A DNA stretch of 64,000 nt from Candidatus Marinacidobacterales bacterium (GCA_965226495.1 OZ245365.1:5696001-5760000); one strand, 5' to 3'; positions 32,282 through 42,974 are shown, counted from the stretch's first letter. Numbers and translations are program-made. The notes: generated by a model not told the origin, from the sequence alone.

Positions 32282-34600
32282 GTGACCCGAGTCTGGTCCT
32301 CCTTCCTGGCCCTGACCGTTCTCGCCGCTGGAGCGGTGCTCCTCCATCTGGGTGTCCATGCGGTCACCGTCGAGGGCGAATCATGGGAAACAAAACGCCT
32401 CCGTGCGGTGCATTCCCTTCGCGAGGGTGCACCCCTACTTGTCGTCTACGGGACGGCCGCCCCAAAGTGGATAGACCACTATCGTGCTGAAGCCGAGCGA
32501 TTCGCCGAGCGTTATCAGTCTTGGGGCCGTCCCGTGAAAGTGATAGCGGATCGCGACCTCTCTTCCTCCGATCGCAGAGAAACAGCCATCGTTTTGATCG
32601 GACGGCCCGATGCTAATCGATGGGTCCGTGAGATCGTTGACGAAATGCCGGTTCGTTTTTTGAAACAAGGCTTCTCTTTCGGAGGACGATCTTACGAAAA
32701 GACCGACCACGTTCTTCGACTTCTGACGCTTTCACCGTGGAACCCAGAGCGTCCGGTGGTTCTCGTTGCTGGAGCATCCCACGAATCGCCTTTATCGCAG
32801 CGAGGCTTTTGGTTCGGGCGGCTGGACTATTCGGTTCTCGAGGGCCGTCGTGCCATTCGCTACGGGCGGCTTGTCGAGGGCAGCATCGATTGGGCTTCCG
32901 ACGTCGACGTTTTGGCGGAGCACGAAGTGTGGGCCGAGAGTCTTCGGCGCACTGCTACCGAGCGCCTGGAGCTCTACTATCCCGGGGCGAGCTTCGCGGA
33001 ATCGAAGCATCAGGAGATCCTCGACACACTCGAGGCTCGGCTCGACAAGGCGGCTCAGGAATTGGGCGATCTGCCGGGGGAGTCGATCCGTTTCTATCTC
33101 TATCCGTCGCACGAGACCAAAGGTCGGTTGGTCGATTCGGTGGCTCGGTCTCACGTTGACTCGAGCACGACGACCGTACACGCGATCTACTCGCCGGAGC
33201 GCGATGGCCTGGACGGTGCCGAAGAAGTGGGTTTGCTCCTGGACCGTTTATGGGGAGCTCCCGTCGAGCCGTATCTATGGGCTGGGCTCTCGCGGATGTT
33301 GGCGGGTCTGCCTTTCGAGAAGGAGGCGGCCGGATTCGCCTATCTCGGATTTCCTCCCGAGCTTAGGCGGCTCGCCGCGACAGATAACCGTACCTCGTTG
33401 GCCTTTCCCGAGGCGGTCTACCGAGCCTACGCCGCTAGCTGGGTGTCTTTTCTGCGAACACAGATGACGAGCGAGGAATTCCGTCGGTACTACACCGGAG
33501 CCCGCGAGCACCGGTTAGAGAAACAAGAACAAGCGTGGCGACGGCGGGTGGGGCACGACGCCACGCGTTACGCCGAGGGTTTCGCAGAAGAAGCAGAGCT
33601 CTCGCATGCGTCCTATTCCAGCGCCAAGGTCTTTCACAAGGGCTTCAACTACGCCTATACGAACAGTCGCGACAGTGGATATCCGACCACCCGTTCGTTG
33701 GAATCTCTCGAGGGACTTCGAAACCTAGCTGCCAACTCTGTGGCACTCGTGCCGTACGGCTTTTCTTCACCGGATCACCGAACCGAGATCCGTCGCGCCG
33801 GAAACTCGATTAGTACCGAGAGCGACGAGTCGATCCGGGTTGCGACGGCGGACGCGCGGCGATTGGGTCTTCGGGTCTTGCTGAAACCGCAGATCTGGCT
33901 TAGCTATCGAGAGTGGCCGAGCGACATCGATTTCGGGACCGACCAGGAATGGAACGCGTGGTTCGAGAGCTACGAGAGCTGGATTCTATCGTATGCGCTC
34001 CTGGCCGAGGAGTTACGGGTCGATTTGTTCTGCGTGGGCACGGAGCTCACTCATCCTACGCTCGAGAGGCCCAAGCAGTTCCGAGATCTCATCGCGAAAG
34101 TGAGACGGGTCTATCGCGGTCCCATTACGTACGCCGCGAACTGGTACGAAGAGTTCGAGACGATCACGTTTTGGGATGCGGTCGATATCGTCGGGCTCGA
34201 CAACTACTACCCGTTGGCGAAAAGTTCGGAGACCAACGAAAAGGATCTACGCTCCGCTGCAGCGGAAGTTGCGGATCGGATTGAAGCGGTTGCTCTTCGC
34301 GTTGGCAAGCCGGTGATCTTTACGGAAGTCGGTTTTCCTTCCGTTGGCGCGGCGGGAACCGGTAACCACGAGGGAAGCCCAACCGATCTCGAACGGCAGG
34401 CACTTCTCTACCGGATTACCTTCGAGACCTATTGGTCCCGGCCGTGGTTCCACGGCTTCTATTGGTGGAAATGGTTCTCCGACCCCGGAAACGCCGGTCC
34501 GGGAGGTGACGTCTGGACACCGCGCGGCAAGCCCGCCGAAGGCGTGGTTGCCGATTGGTATGGCAAACCGTCGCCCCGTGCACGGCGTCCTTCTCAATGA
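32282..34600 (+). CDS. Membrane-anchored/exported multidomain protein with C-terminal GH113-like TIM barrel
   Basis: LKPQIW, CVGTEL, ITYAANW, GLDNYYPL, IFTEVGF, GFYWWKW motifs. Confidence 0.75.
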   Translation: MTRVWSSFLALTVLAAGAVLLHLGVHAVTVEGESWETKRLRAVHSLREGAPLLVVYGTAAPKWIDHYRAEAERFAERYQSWGRPVKVIADRDLSSSDRRETAIVLIGRPDANRWVREIVDEMPVRFLKQGFSFGGRSYEKTDHVLRLLTLSPWNPERPVVLVAGASHESPLSQRGFWFGRLDYSVLEGRRAIRYGRLVEGSIDWASDVDVLAEHEVWAESLRRTATERLELYYPGASFAESKHQEILDTLEARLDKAAQELGDLPGESIRFYLYPSHETKGRLVDSVARSHVDSSTTTVHAIYSPERDGLDGAEEVGLLLDRLWGAPVEPYLWAGLSRMLAGLPFEKEAAGFAYLGFPPELRRLAATDNRTSLAFPEAVYRAYAASWVSFLRTQMTSEEFRRYYTGAREHRLEKQEQAWRRRVGHDATRYAEGFAEEAELSHASYSSAKVFHKGFNYAYTNSRDSGYPTTRSLESLEGLRNLAANSVALVPYGFSSPDHRTEIRRAGNSISTESDESIRVATADARRLGLRVLLKPQIWLSYREWPSDIDFGTDQEWNAWFESYESWILSYALLAEELRVDLFCVGTELTHPTLERPKQFRDLIAKVRRVYRGPITYAANWYEEFETITFWDAVDIVGLDNYYPLAKSSETNEKDLRSAAAEVADRIEAVALRVGKPVIFTEVGFPSVGAAGTGNHEGSPTDLERQALLYRITFETYWSRPWFHGFYWWKWFSDPGNAGPGGDVWTPRGKPAEGVVADWYGKPSPRARRPSQ

Positions 34601-34616
34601 GTGGACGCCGACCGAG

Positions 34617-34907
34617 CTAGCCAGCTGCGGGAGGCTGATCCTCCTTCAGCTTCATGAAGACGAACTCGACAGACTGCGGGGTCCGGTCGTTGTAGCGCTT
34701 GTTGAAGTCGTCGTCACTCATCGTCAAGAGGATGATGCCCTCGACCAGCCCAAGGATCGCGCCACCGATTCCGCAAGTAACCACGGTCGCGGCAATCAAG
34801 ATGAGTCCGGTGCCCATCGAGCCGAGGTAGAACTGGTGGACTCCCAATCCGCCCAGCAAGATTCCCAAAATGCCAGCCGCCGTCTTGTCCTTACCCCTTC
34901 CAGCCAT
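34617..34907 (-). CDS. TM2 domain membrane protein
   Basis: KTAAGILGILLGGLGVHQFYLG. Confidence 0.9.
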   Translation of the reverse strand: MAGRGKDKTAAGILGILLGGLGVHQFYLGSMGTGLILIAATVVTCGIGGAILGLVEGIILLTMSDDDFNKRYNDRTPQSVEFVFMKLKEDQPPAAG

Positions 34908-35161
34908 TCGTTCCCTCCGCGGGCTACACTCGCCGATTCGTAATCAAAGTCAAAGATGAGAAAGGATTGAGTTTCCTCGATCCGCGGCATGGTATCCGGT
35001 TGCGGTCGGGAGAGTCAACCTCAATTGGAAGCAAAGGCTCCGTGCGCGGAGAACCTTGCAGGGAAACCGAATCAGCGGTAGAGTTGCCGTTGCCGGCTCA
35101 AGGCCGCCCGGCCGCGTGGATCCTGGAGGAAAACTGGTTATGAAGCACCCGGCTTGGAGCT

Positions 35162-35290
35162 GTTAAAGTCTACGTCACCGATGGCAAGTCCTGGGACAAG
35201 CCCACATTCTTGCGTGTCTCGGTCGGGCTGCCCGAGGACAATCAGCGATTTCTCGCTGCATTAGGGGAGGTCTTGACCACGCATTCATAG
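35162..35290 (+). pseudogene. C-terminal remnant of a HisC-like PLP aminotransferase
   Basis: Reads VYVTDGKSWDKPTFLRVSVGLPEDNQRFLAALGEVL; rest of gene absent. Confidence 0.6.
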
Positions 35291-35329
35291 CCGGCATAGC
35301 CGGCATAGCCGCCATAGCCGCCATAGCCG
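35286..35329. repeat. Short tandem repeat of CATAGCCG(G/C)-like units, about 5 copies
   Basis: Directly visible. Confidence 0.85.
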
Positions 35330-35341
35330 GAGGTCAGGGGA

Positions 35342-36148
35342 ATGGAAGGTAAAAGCGACTCCTTGGTAATCAAGCAACTTAACCCCGGTGCGTGCAGAAC
35401 TTATTTCATAGGCTCGGCGCCGACGAAGGAGGCCGCCCTCATCGATCCCGTATTGGGTCACGTCGACGACTACCTCAAGTTTCTCGAGGACGGGGGATGG
35501 ACGCTCCGCTACGTTCTCGACACGCACACTCACGCCGATCACATTTCTGGAGGCGTCAAATTGATCGAACGCACCGACGCCGAGTACGCGATGCACAAAA
35601 AGGCGGGAGTGCGAGCGGTCGGTCGCCGCCTGGCCGATGGTGACTCCTTGAGGATGGGTGGCGTCGTGATGGACGTGATCGAGACACCCGGGCACACCAA
35701 AGACAGTGTGACGGTTAGTCTCCCAGGGATTTTGTTGACCGGCGATTGGCTTTTCATCGGCGGAGCAGGCCGGACGGATTTACCGGGAGGCGATCCGGCC
35801 GAACATTGGGAGATCTCTGGCGAGGATCTGCGAAGGATGATAGCGGAGGGGGGGCCTCCGCCACTCGTGTTGGACGTCCGGCAGCCGGAGGAGCTTGTGG
35901 GGCCGCCCGGCCGTCTGTCGGGGGCAACGTTCATCCCGTTAGGGGAGCTTCAACAAAGGCTGTCTGAGATTTCCGATCGCCATGAAGGCCCCATCGTATT
36001 GGTTTGTCGGAGCGGCAGTCGATCCATCATTGCCGCGGCGATTCTCATTGAAGCCGGCTTCCAAAATGTTTCTTCGATGGCGGGCGGCATGCAGGCCTGG
36101 AGGCAGAGGGGCTACCCCGACGGTCGAAGAGGACTCCCAAGAGAATAA
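35342..36148 (+). CDS. MBL-fold persulfide dioxygenase-rhodanese fusion, apparently internally deleted
   Basis: THTHADH, TPGHT, TGD, GRTD followed directly by rhodanese (DVRQPEE, CRSGSRS). Confidence 0.75.
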   Translation: MEGKSDSLVIKQLNPGACRTYFIGSAPTKEAALIDPVLGHVDDYLKFLEDGGWTLRYVLDTHTHADHISGGVKLIERTDAEYAMHKKAGVRAVGRRLADGDSLRMGGVVMDVIETPGHTKDSVTVSLPGILLTGDWLFIGGAGRTDLPGGDPAEHWEISGEDLRRMIAEGGPPPLVLDVRQPEELVGPPGRLSGATFIPLGELQQRLSEISDRHEGPIVLVCRSGSRSIIAAAILIEAGFQNVSSMAGGMQAWRQRGYPDGRRGLPRE

Positions 36149-36149
36149 A

Positions 36150-37889
36150 ATGCGCGCGCTTCTTTGCTTCACCTCTCTGGCATCGGCTGCTGCCTGCCTT
36201 CTGTCTGGGCCGAAGGCGGACTTCGTGCTCCGCGACGGTAAAATCATCACCCTGTCCGCGGAACGTCCGGTAGCGGAAGCTCTTGCCGTGACCGGCGGGC
36301 GCATCACCGCCGTAGGCACTACGGCCGAGATAAACGACTTCGTGGGGCAAGAGACAAGGGTTCTCGATCTCGACGGTGCGCTGGCCGTCCCGGGCTTCAT
36401 CGATTCCCACGCGCACTTCATGGATCTCGGTTTTGCCGAGCTGCAATTGGATCTCGTGGGCACTCGAAGCTCGAGCGAGATCGCCCGCAAGTTGAAGGAT
36501 GTCGCTGCCACCCTTCCCGCCCCCCCCACCTCCGGAGAAGAAGACGAAGCCGAAGGAGACGAGGAACAAGAAGTTGTCTGGATCCGGGGGCACGGGTGGG
36601 ACCAAAACGACTGGAAGAAAAAGGAGTTTCCCACCGCGGCCATCCTCGATCAAGTGGCTCCCGATCGTCCGGTCTTTCTGACGCGCATCGATATGCACGT
36701 CGGCTGGGCCAATTCCAAGGCGATGGAGCTGGCCGGTGTCGATCACGAAACGCCCGATCTCGATGGCGGTGAGATCATTCGTGACGAGGAAGGGAACCCG
36801 ACCGGCGTCTTCATCGATCTCGCTAGAGATCTGATCACCAATAGCATTCCGGATCGGAGTGACGAGGATCGCCGCAAGGCGTTCCAAGCCGCGCAGGACG
36901 CAGCCCTGCGGGCGGGCATCACCAGCGTTCACGACGCAGGAGTGGGCGCTCGCGACATCGAGCTATACCGCGACACTCTAACCCGAGGTGATCTCAAACT
37001 GCGTCTCTACCTCATGTTGGATGGCAGCAACCCGGATCTTCTGGAGCGGTTCTTCTCGCACAAACCGGAGATCTCGCCATGGCTCACGATCCGCTCGGTG
37101 AAGCTCGTCGCGGACGGTGCGCTCGGCTCACGAGGTGCGGCACTTCTCGACCCCTATGCCGATCGCCCCGACTGGTGGGGTCTCACCATCCTGACCGAAG
37201 AAGACGTCTACAACATTGCAGATCGGGCGCTCAGTGCCGGCTACCAACTCAATGTCCACGCTATCGGTGATCGGGCCAACCGCGAAGTACTGAATGCGTT
37301 CCAAAGAGCTTTCGACGACAACACGGCCGTCGACGATCCGAGATTTCGAATCGAACATGCGCAGATCCTGGATGACATCGACATCCGTCGCTTCGCGCAA
37401 CTGGGAGTCATTGCTTCGATGCAAGGCGTTCATGCTACCTCCGACATGCCGTGGGTGGCCGATCGAATCGGCGAGGAGCGGAGTGCGGAAGGTGCCTACG
37501 TGTGGCAGAAGCTTCTCCTGTCGGGGACCAAGATCGCCAACGGCACCGACGCTCCGGTCGAGAGAATATCGGCGCTGGAGTCCATCTATGCGTCCATCAC
37601 TCGCCAAGATAAGCAGGGGAAACCCGAAGAGGGTTGGTTTCCTGACCAAAAGATGAGCCGGGAACAGGCGCTCCGGTCCTACACGCTCGATGCAGCCTAT
37701 GCTGCCTTCCAGGATCAAGATAAAGGGTCGTTGGAGGCCGGGAAACTAGCGGACATCACCGTCTTGTCCAAGGACATTCTGACGATCCAGCCGCACGAGA
37801 TTTTGGATACCGAAGTGCTCTACACGGTGGTGGGCGGCGAAGTGGTTTACGCCGCCACCCGCGCCAACGACAGCGCCGCCGCGAACTGA
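36150..37889 (+). CDS. Amidohydrolase 3 (YtcJ-like)
   Basis: PGFIDSHAH, KLVADGALGSRGA, HAIGDRAN, RIEHAQ, GTDAPVE. Confidence 0.92.
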   Translation: MRALLCFTSLASAAACLLSGPKADFVLRDGKIITLSAERPVAEALAVTGGRITAVGTTAEINDFVGQETRVLDLDGALAVPGFIDSHAHFMDLGFAELQLDLVGTRSSSEIARKLKDVAATLPAPPTSGEEDEAEGDEEQEVVWIRGHGWDQNDWKKKEFPTAAILDQVAPDRPVFLTRIDMHVGWANSKAMELAGVDHETPDLDGGEIIRDEEGNPTGVFIDLARDLITNSIPDRSDEDRRKAFQAAQDAALRAGITSVHDAGVGARDIELYRDTLTRGDLKLRLYLMLDGSNPDLLERFFSHKPEISPWLTIRSVKLVADGALGSRGAALLDPYADRPDWWGLTILTEEDVYNIADRALSAGYQLNVHAIGDRANREVLNAFQRAFDDNTAVDDPRFRIEHAQILDDIDIRRFAQLGVIASMQGVHATSDMPWVADRIGEERSAEGAYVWQKLLLSGTKIANGTDAPVERISALESIYASITRQDKQGKPEEGWFPDQKMSREQALRSYTLDAAYAAFQDQDKGSLEAGKLADITVLSKDILTIQPHEILDTEVLYTVVGGEVVYAATRANDSAAAN

Positions 37890-37926
37890 CCCCCGACACG
37901 CGCGGGCCGCCAAAATACGAGAGTGC

Positions 37927-38526
37927 ATGAATCAAAGTCGTCAGGCGCCCCCGCGTCATTACATGGCGTTGGCCTTCGCGCCCGTCATCGTGGCGCTAGT
38001 AACTCTGGTCAGCCTCTACCTTTACCAACAAGGAGCCCGGGAGAGAAGAGACGGTTGGCAGAAACCGGAGGCGGTGCTAGACGCCATCGGCGTCCGAACC
38101 GGGATGCGGGCGGCGGAATCGACACCGTCCGATACTTATTTCCTCGAACGATTGTTACGGCGGGTGGGGGACGACGGTCGCGTCTTCGCCATTGCTCCTC
38201 CGAGTCGTGTCTCGGACGACATCGCCCGTGAGGTACCCCCAGTAGAAATCGTAGCCGAGCCGCCGCCCGGCTTGGATGCCATTCTTTCTGTTCACGTCAC
38301 CATGGCGAAACAAGATTCGAAAGAATTGGAACGCACGCTGGCCGAATGCGGTAAGCGACTCAACAACGGCGGGCGCATCGGCGTAATCGGTGTTCGGACC
38401 GAGGGGTTCAACACGTTCCTCCCCTCGTCCGAAGTCAAGCGGCTCGGGACGGACGCAGGCCTAGAATTAGTTGGTGAGGAGCACCTCGTGGACCGACAGT
38501 TTCTGGTTGTTTTGGAGAAGAACTAG
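37927..38526 (+). CDS. Membrane-anchored methyltransferase-like protein with degenerate SAM motif
   Basis: RDGWQKPEAVLDAIG N-terminal motif, but ESTPSDTYF in place of DIGAGTGYF. Confidence 0.55.
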   Translation: MNQSRQAPPRHYMALAFAPVIVALVTLVSLYLYQQGARERRDGWQKPEAVLDAIGVRTGMRAAESTPSDTYFLERLLRRVGDDGRVFAIAPPSRVSDDIAREVPPVEIVAEPPPGLDAILSVHVTMAKQDSKELERTLAECGKRLNNGGRIGVIGVRTEGFNTFLPSSEVKRLGTDAGLELVGEEHLVDRQFLVVLEKN

Positions 38527-38527
38527 A

Positions 38528-38755
38528 GCCCTCACCCAGGCCCTCTCCCGGAGGGAGAGGGGTTAGAGGACGAAGAGACATCCACACCCTCACCCGCCGT
38601 CTGGCCACGTTTTTCTTTGGCACTGCGTATTTTGACGGCCCCAGGGTTCCCCCAAAGGGGAGAGGGTTTAAAATAAAAGAGGGAAGCCAGCGTTGACGCC
38701 CTCACCCAGGCCCTCTCCCAGAGGGAGAGGGGTTAGAGGAGGGAAGCCAGCATTG
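38528..38755. repeat. Cluster of three REP-like palindromes between convergent genes
   Basis: CCCTCACCCAGGCCCTCTCCC-N3-GGGAGAGGGG at 38528 and 38698, a variant near 38587-38667, and AGGGAAGCCAGC duplicated. Confidence 0.85.
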
Positions 38756-40327
38756 TTAGAGCCCGATTTGAGATCCAACCGAGAATAACCAACGGCTTCT
38801 GCCGGCAACAGGATGGAGGGCGTAGGCCAGATCGAAACGGACGCCGGGCCGTGTCGCTGACAAACGGTTTCTCCCAATGAGCAAACCGACCCCCACGTCG
38901 GCCCTGAGCTCGCTGAGCGTCAACTTGACCGGGCGCGGCCAAGCGTAGCCGGCGTCGGCGAAGACGCCGAGGGCGAATGACGCGAGGCGAAAGACCTCAT
39001 CGGCAATGAAGAAACGCTTCTCGGCGCTGAAAAGAAGCGAACGGTCACCCGCGAACTGAAAGACCGGATAACCGCGCAGGCCATTTTGCGCGCCGAGAGT
39101 CAGTTGCACTTCCGGATCGAGGTTGCTCCCGTAGAGAAATCTTGCCAGGGCGAGAAACGTTCGGCGAGGCGCCATTTTGTTCACATAGTCTAAACGGAAG
39201 ACCGCGAGACTGTTCTCCCATTCCCCGCGGCGATGTCGGGCCCGCCAGGTGGCGCGACCGCGAACGAAATGCCCGACACCTAGGTCGGCACCGATTTGCT
39301 CCGACAGGAAGAAGAAGTATGTGGTGCCGGGCTCCCCTCCGAGCGAGGGTGTCGAGACGCCGAAGAACGCCGACGCTTGGTTGCCGAGGTTGAAGTCTTC
39401 GGCGACTTCGAAGCGATTCACGTGCGTAAGCTTCAAGAAGCGGTGTTGCTCTGTGCTGATTCCGATTTGTAGGACCCCAAAGTCTCGGAGCCTCCCCTCG
39501 ACTTCATCCTCCTGCTTCCGGTAGCCGAGGTGGAGCCTCACCGCGCTAGTGCTCGACCGCCGCACCGCCCGAGCCGCATCGATTTCACCAAACCGCCGAA
39601 TGTGTCTGAGGTCGATCACTCGTTCGCCATTGAAGTAAAGAGGTGCAAGCTGATCGAACCCTAGCAGGCGAAAGCTGAAGGCCCATTTGGTGTGAAGGGA
39701 GTGGAAGGGTTTCAGGAGGGAAAATTGGCCTCGTCCGCCGTCGGAGAGATCGGAGTACCCTATAGCCGCAGCCACCCGCGATCCGCTCACGCGCGGATCG
39801 CGGTAAAAAAAATTCGTGCTGTCTCGCTCGAGCCCGTGGCGGAATGTGAATTCGAGCTGTTTCCCCCGACCGAGGAGGTTCCTTTCTGAAGCTCCCAATC
39901 CCCAAGTGAACTCGTTGCCAACCTTCGCGAACGAAAGCTCCGGGACGGTGCTCCAGGCGTCAAAGGTTCGGACCCGGATGTCGACGGTGCCGTTGTCCCC
40001 GGGAATCGTTTCGATCTTGGCGTCTCTTATGAAAATGAGATTTCGGAGATTGCGTTCGGTCTCGGCAAGGGTCTTGGGGTCGAGCTTATCTCCCGAAGCA
40101 AAGAGCAACTCTTGACGAATGATGCCTTCCCGGGTCCGCACATGAAGTTTATTGGCGAAACGGTAGACCCAGTGCCCGTCCTCTTCCTCCTCCTCGTGAA
40201 AAACATCGCTGGATACGATCTCGATGTTTCCGATGCGCGGGGGATTTTCCTGTTCATTGGGGATGGCGGAGCCGCTCGCGGCGGCGAGGAGAAAGACCGC
40301 CCCGACGTTGAAGGGAAGACGGAACAT
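38756..40327 (-). CDS. Omp85/BamA-TamA family outer membrane protein
   Basis: Signal peptide, POTRA-like region (ETERNLR), NLLGRG, GLRGY, terminal beta-strand. Confidence 0.8.
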   Translation of the reverse strand: MFRLPFNVGAVFLLAAASGSAIPNEQENPPRIGNIEIVSSDVFHEEEEEDGHWVYRFANKLHVRTREGIIRQELLFASGDKLDPKTLAETERNLRNLIFIRDAKIETIPGDNGTVDIRVRTFDAWSTVPELSFAKVGNEFTWGLGASERNLLGRGKQLEFTFRHGLERDSTNFFYRDPRVSGSRVAAAIGYSDLSDGGRGQFSLLKPFHSLHTKWAFSFRLLGFDQLAPLYFNGERVIDLRHIRRFGEIDAARAVRRSSTSAVRLHLGYRKQEDEVEGRLRDFGVLQIGISTEQHRFLKLTHVNRFEVAEDFNLGNQASAFFGVSTPSLGGEPGTTYFFFLSEQIGADLGVGHFVRGRATWRARHRRGEWENSLAVFRLDYVNKMAPRRTFLALARFLYGSNLDPEVQLTLGAQNGLRGYPVFQFAGDRSLLFSAEKRFFIADEVFRLASFALGVFADAGYAWPRPVKLTLSELRADVGVGLLIGRNRLSATRPGVRFDLAYALHPVAGRSRWLFSVGSQIGL

Positions 40328-40382
40328 TACTGAACAATGTAGGCTTCCCCATTAGGAGAAGGCAAGTCGGGGGCTCACGGGC

Positions 40383-41495
40383 CTAATTAAGGGGCTGAAC
40401 CTCGGGGACCCGCTTACGGAATTCGTTGGTCAAGGTCTCGACAAGATCGGCTCGGCGATCGTAGAGGCGCTTCAGCTTCCTCGGTTTGTGCCTCTCCAAC
40501 GCATATGCGGTTAGGAGCGGGAGAGCGATCGTCGAGTCGACATAGGTGACGATGGCGTGCGGCAACATTTCCGGATCGACCTTCCCCCAGCTCACCGCCT
40601 CACCGGGGGTAGCGCCCGACAGGCCGCCCGTATCGGGGCGCGCATCGGTAAACTGCATGAAATAGTCGAAGCCCTTCTCGTCGAGGCCGAGGACCTCCTG
40701 AATCTGTGGCTCGGTCTGGAGCAAGAAGTTCTTGGGCGAACCGCCTCCGAGCATGACCGCGGCCGCCTTGCGGCCGTTGAACTTGGCGTCGAACACGATG
40801 GCCGTCGTTTCGTTGACGTCGGCACAGATGTCGAGCTTGAGCTTGTTGTCCTGAAGCGACATGGAGGCGATGTTCATACCGATGGCACTGTCCCCGGGTG
40901 ACGACGTGTAGATTGGGACTCCTAAGCGATGCGCGGCAGCGAGAAAAGAACGGTTCTCTAACCCTAGTGCCTTTTCCCGTTCGCCGACGTACTTACCGCA
41001 AATGTAGTGGAACTCGGCGGTCGACATCTCCCTTTGAAATTCCTCGGAACAGACCAGACGTTGGTAATACTTGTCCAGAGATAAGAGATCTTCGAACTTG
41101 AAGAAGATGTCGTAGATCCGAACCACTCGGTCCTCGTAGACTTTCACGTCGTCGACGAAGGGAGTCCCGCGATGCATGTTGTAGCCGATACCGTAGTGCG
41201 TGTCGTGGTAGAGATTGGCACCAGTGGAAACGATCCAATCGACGAAGCCGGCCTCCATGAGTGGAATGAGCGCGCTCGGCCCGAGACCGGCCGGGGTGAG
41301 CGCTCCGGAGAGGGAGAGCCCTACCGTGACATCCTCGTCGAGGACGCGGTCGACGAAGAGCTGACAAGATTCGCGGAGGCGGCCGCCGTTATAGGCGTTG
41401 AAGCTGTCGTCGATGAGCTGCGCCACCGACCATTTCGGGTCGATGGGGCGTGAGCTGATCTCGGGTCCATGAAGATACTTACTCTTCTTGTGCAT
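40383..41495 (-). CDS. Deoxyhypusine synthase-like protein (SpeY-type homospermidine pathway)
   Basis: [32 protein letters not shown] with catalytic Lys. Confidence 0.9.
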   Translation of the reverse strand: MHKKSKYLHGPEISSRPIDPKWSVAQLIDDSFNAYNGGRLRESCQLFVDRVLDEDVTVGLSLSGALTPAGLGPSALIPLMEAGFVDWIVSTGANLYHDTHYGIGYNMHRGTPFVDDVKVYEDRVVRIYDIFFKFEDLLSLDKYYQRLVCSEEFQREMSTAEFHYICGKYVGEREKALGLENRSFLAAAHRLGVPIYTSSPGDSAIGMNIASMSLQDNKLKLDICADVNETTAIVFDAKFNGRKAAAVMLGGGSPKNFLLQTEPQIQEVLGLDEKGFDYFMQFTDARPDTGGLSGATPGEAVSWGKVDPEMLPHAIVTYVDSTIALPLLTAYALERHKPRKLKRLYDRRADLVETLTNEFRKRVPEVQPLN

Positions 41496-41597
41496 TCGGC
41501 GACGCCTCCTTTCTCCGACCAGATGAGCGTCAGGTTCGAAGGAGCCGAGTATATCACGGCGATCCCTTGGTCTTTCGCTTCCTCGAGAGGGAGCGCC

Positions 41598-42785
41598 TCA
41601 ACTTTCAGACGGAAAAAAATCGGCGAGAATCTCGTCGAACTGGGCACCCCGCGCCTTGAGGTTGTGTCCTTCGGGGACCTCCAAGTAAGTGAAATCGTAA
41701 CCCCCTTCGACTAAAGCGTCTCGAAGTGCGAAGCCGTCCTTCGCCCAGCGTGTGTCGTAGAGACCAACCATCAAGAAGAACCGGACTGGCCGGGCAGGAT
41801 TCGATGCAATGATTTCGTTGAAGTGGGTGGGCCTGATCGCTGGAGTCAAAGCCGCCGCAAAGCCGAATATCTCCGGATGAGAGTAGGCTAAGTTCGCGGC
41901 CGCAAGTCCTCCGCGTGAGGCGCCCAATATTGCCCTCTCGTTCGGCTCGGGCAGGGTTCGGTAGCTTTCGTCGATGAATGGCACCAGCTCCTCGGTCATA
42001 AACCGACGATAGCCGTCGTGCATCCGGTACTCTTCGCGGCGAATAACTGGATCTACAAAAACCGCAATCAGTGGACGGCAGAGACCCTTTTCGATGGCGT
42101 AGTCAATGAGCGCGGGAAAACCGCGCTCTGCGTATAGAGCTCCATCCCCGATATAGATGCTTGGGTAGCGGCGATCACTTTCTTCATAACCGCTCGGCAA
42201 GTAGACGAGGATCTTGCGTTCGTTGCTCAAGATCCGGCTTTTGAAGATACTCTCCGCCACTTGACCCTTGGCAACCGAAGCATCCGCGGAAAACTCCGGT
42301 GGGGGTAGGTAGGCCGGCATCGCCAACTCCGATAGTTGGTGCTCGAAGCCTGGGGTGGTGGAGGGATTGTTCGGATCGAGCTCTTCGGCTTCACCCCGCA
42401 TGACCGAATACTCGATGCGCGCGTCCTCCTGGAAATCTCTTCGTAGGTAGTACCAATCGGTTCCTCCGATGGGCGTCATCGCTCCCGCCGAGGCGACGGG
42501 TCCGTCGTCGTTTCTCCCCCACGCGTTGAAGTCGTCGAGGATCCGTGGAGGTGTCGAGGGTTCGCCTTGGGCCAGGAAAATCGCTTCGTTGCCTTCGACC
42601 ACCGGGGTTGATCCGTTGGTCGCGATGTAGTGGTCGACCCGCTCTTGGCGTTCTTGCGACGAGAGCCGATCGAAGCCCGTGATCAGCTCGTCGAAATCAG
42701 CTGGCTCGGCGTTTTGAGCCATCTCACAGGCGAGTAAAAAGCAAAGCGGCAGTACGTTATGGAGCAACATCCATCGGTACGTCAT
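41598..42785 (-). CDS. Fes-like putative esterase lipoprotein
   Basis: Lipobox LLAC, VYLPSGY, GASRGG nucleophile elbow, EGH. Confidence 0.85.
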   Translation of the reverse strand: MTYRWMLLHNVLPLCFLLACEMAQNAEPADFDELITGFDRLSSQERQERVDHYIATNGSTPVVEGNEAIFLAQGEPSTPPRILDDFNAWGRNDDGPVASAGAMTPIGGTDWYYLRRDFQEDARIEYSVMRGEAEELDPNNPSTTPGFEHQLSELAMPAYLPPPEFSADASVAKGQVAESIFKSRILSNERKILVYLPSGYEESDRRYPSIYIGDGALYAERGFPALIDYAIEKGLCRPLIAVFVDPVIRREEYRMHDGYRRFMTEELVPFIDESYRTLPEPNERAILGASRGGLAAANLAYSHPEIFGFAAALTPAIRPTHFNEIIASNPARPVRFFLMVGLYDTRWAKDGFALRDALVEGGYDFTYLEVPEGHNLKARGAQFDEILADFFPSES

Positions 42786-42859
42786 ATTTGCTCATCCTGA
42801 AAAGTTGCTCCCCCCAATCGAGCAAGAATATATTCCCTGTGAAAATTCTAGTCAATGAG

Positions 42860-42875
42860 TGTGATCGTTCTCACG
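42860..42875. promoter_or_regulatory. Candidate CRP/FNR-family binding site
   Basis: TGTGA-N6-TCACG (9/10 to CRP consensus) in the divergent intergenic region, upstream of a possible TTGACT-16-TAGTCT promoter. Confidence 0.4.
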
Positions 42876-42974
42876 GTGGTGCGATGGGTAAGCTAATATT
42901 GTTGACTACCCGGTGAAGCCAGATAGTCTGCTGACTCTCACGCCAATACCGGGTGCTCTCATTAGAGGTGAGCG

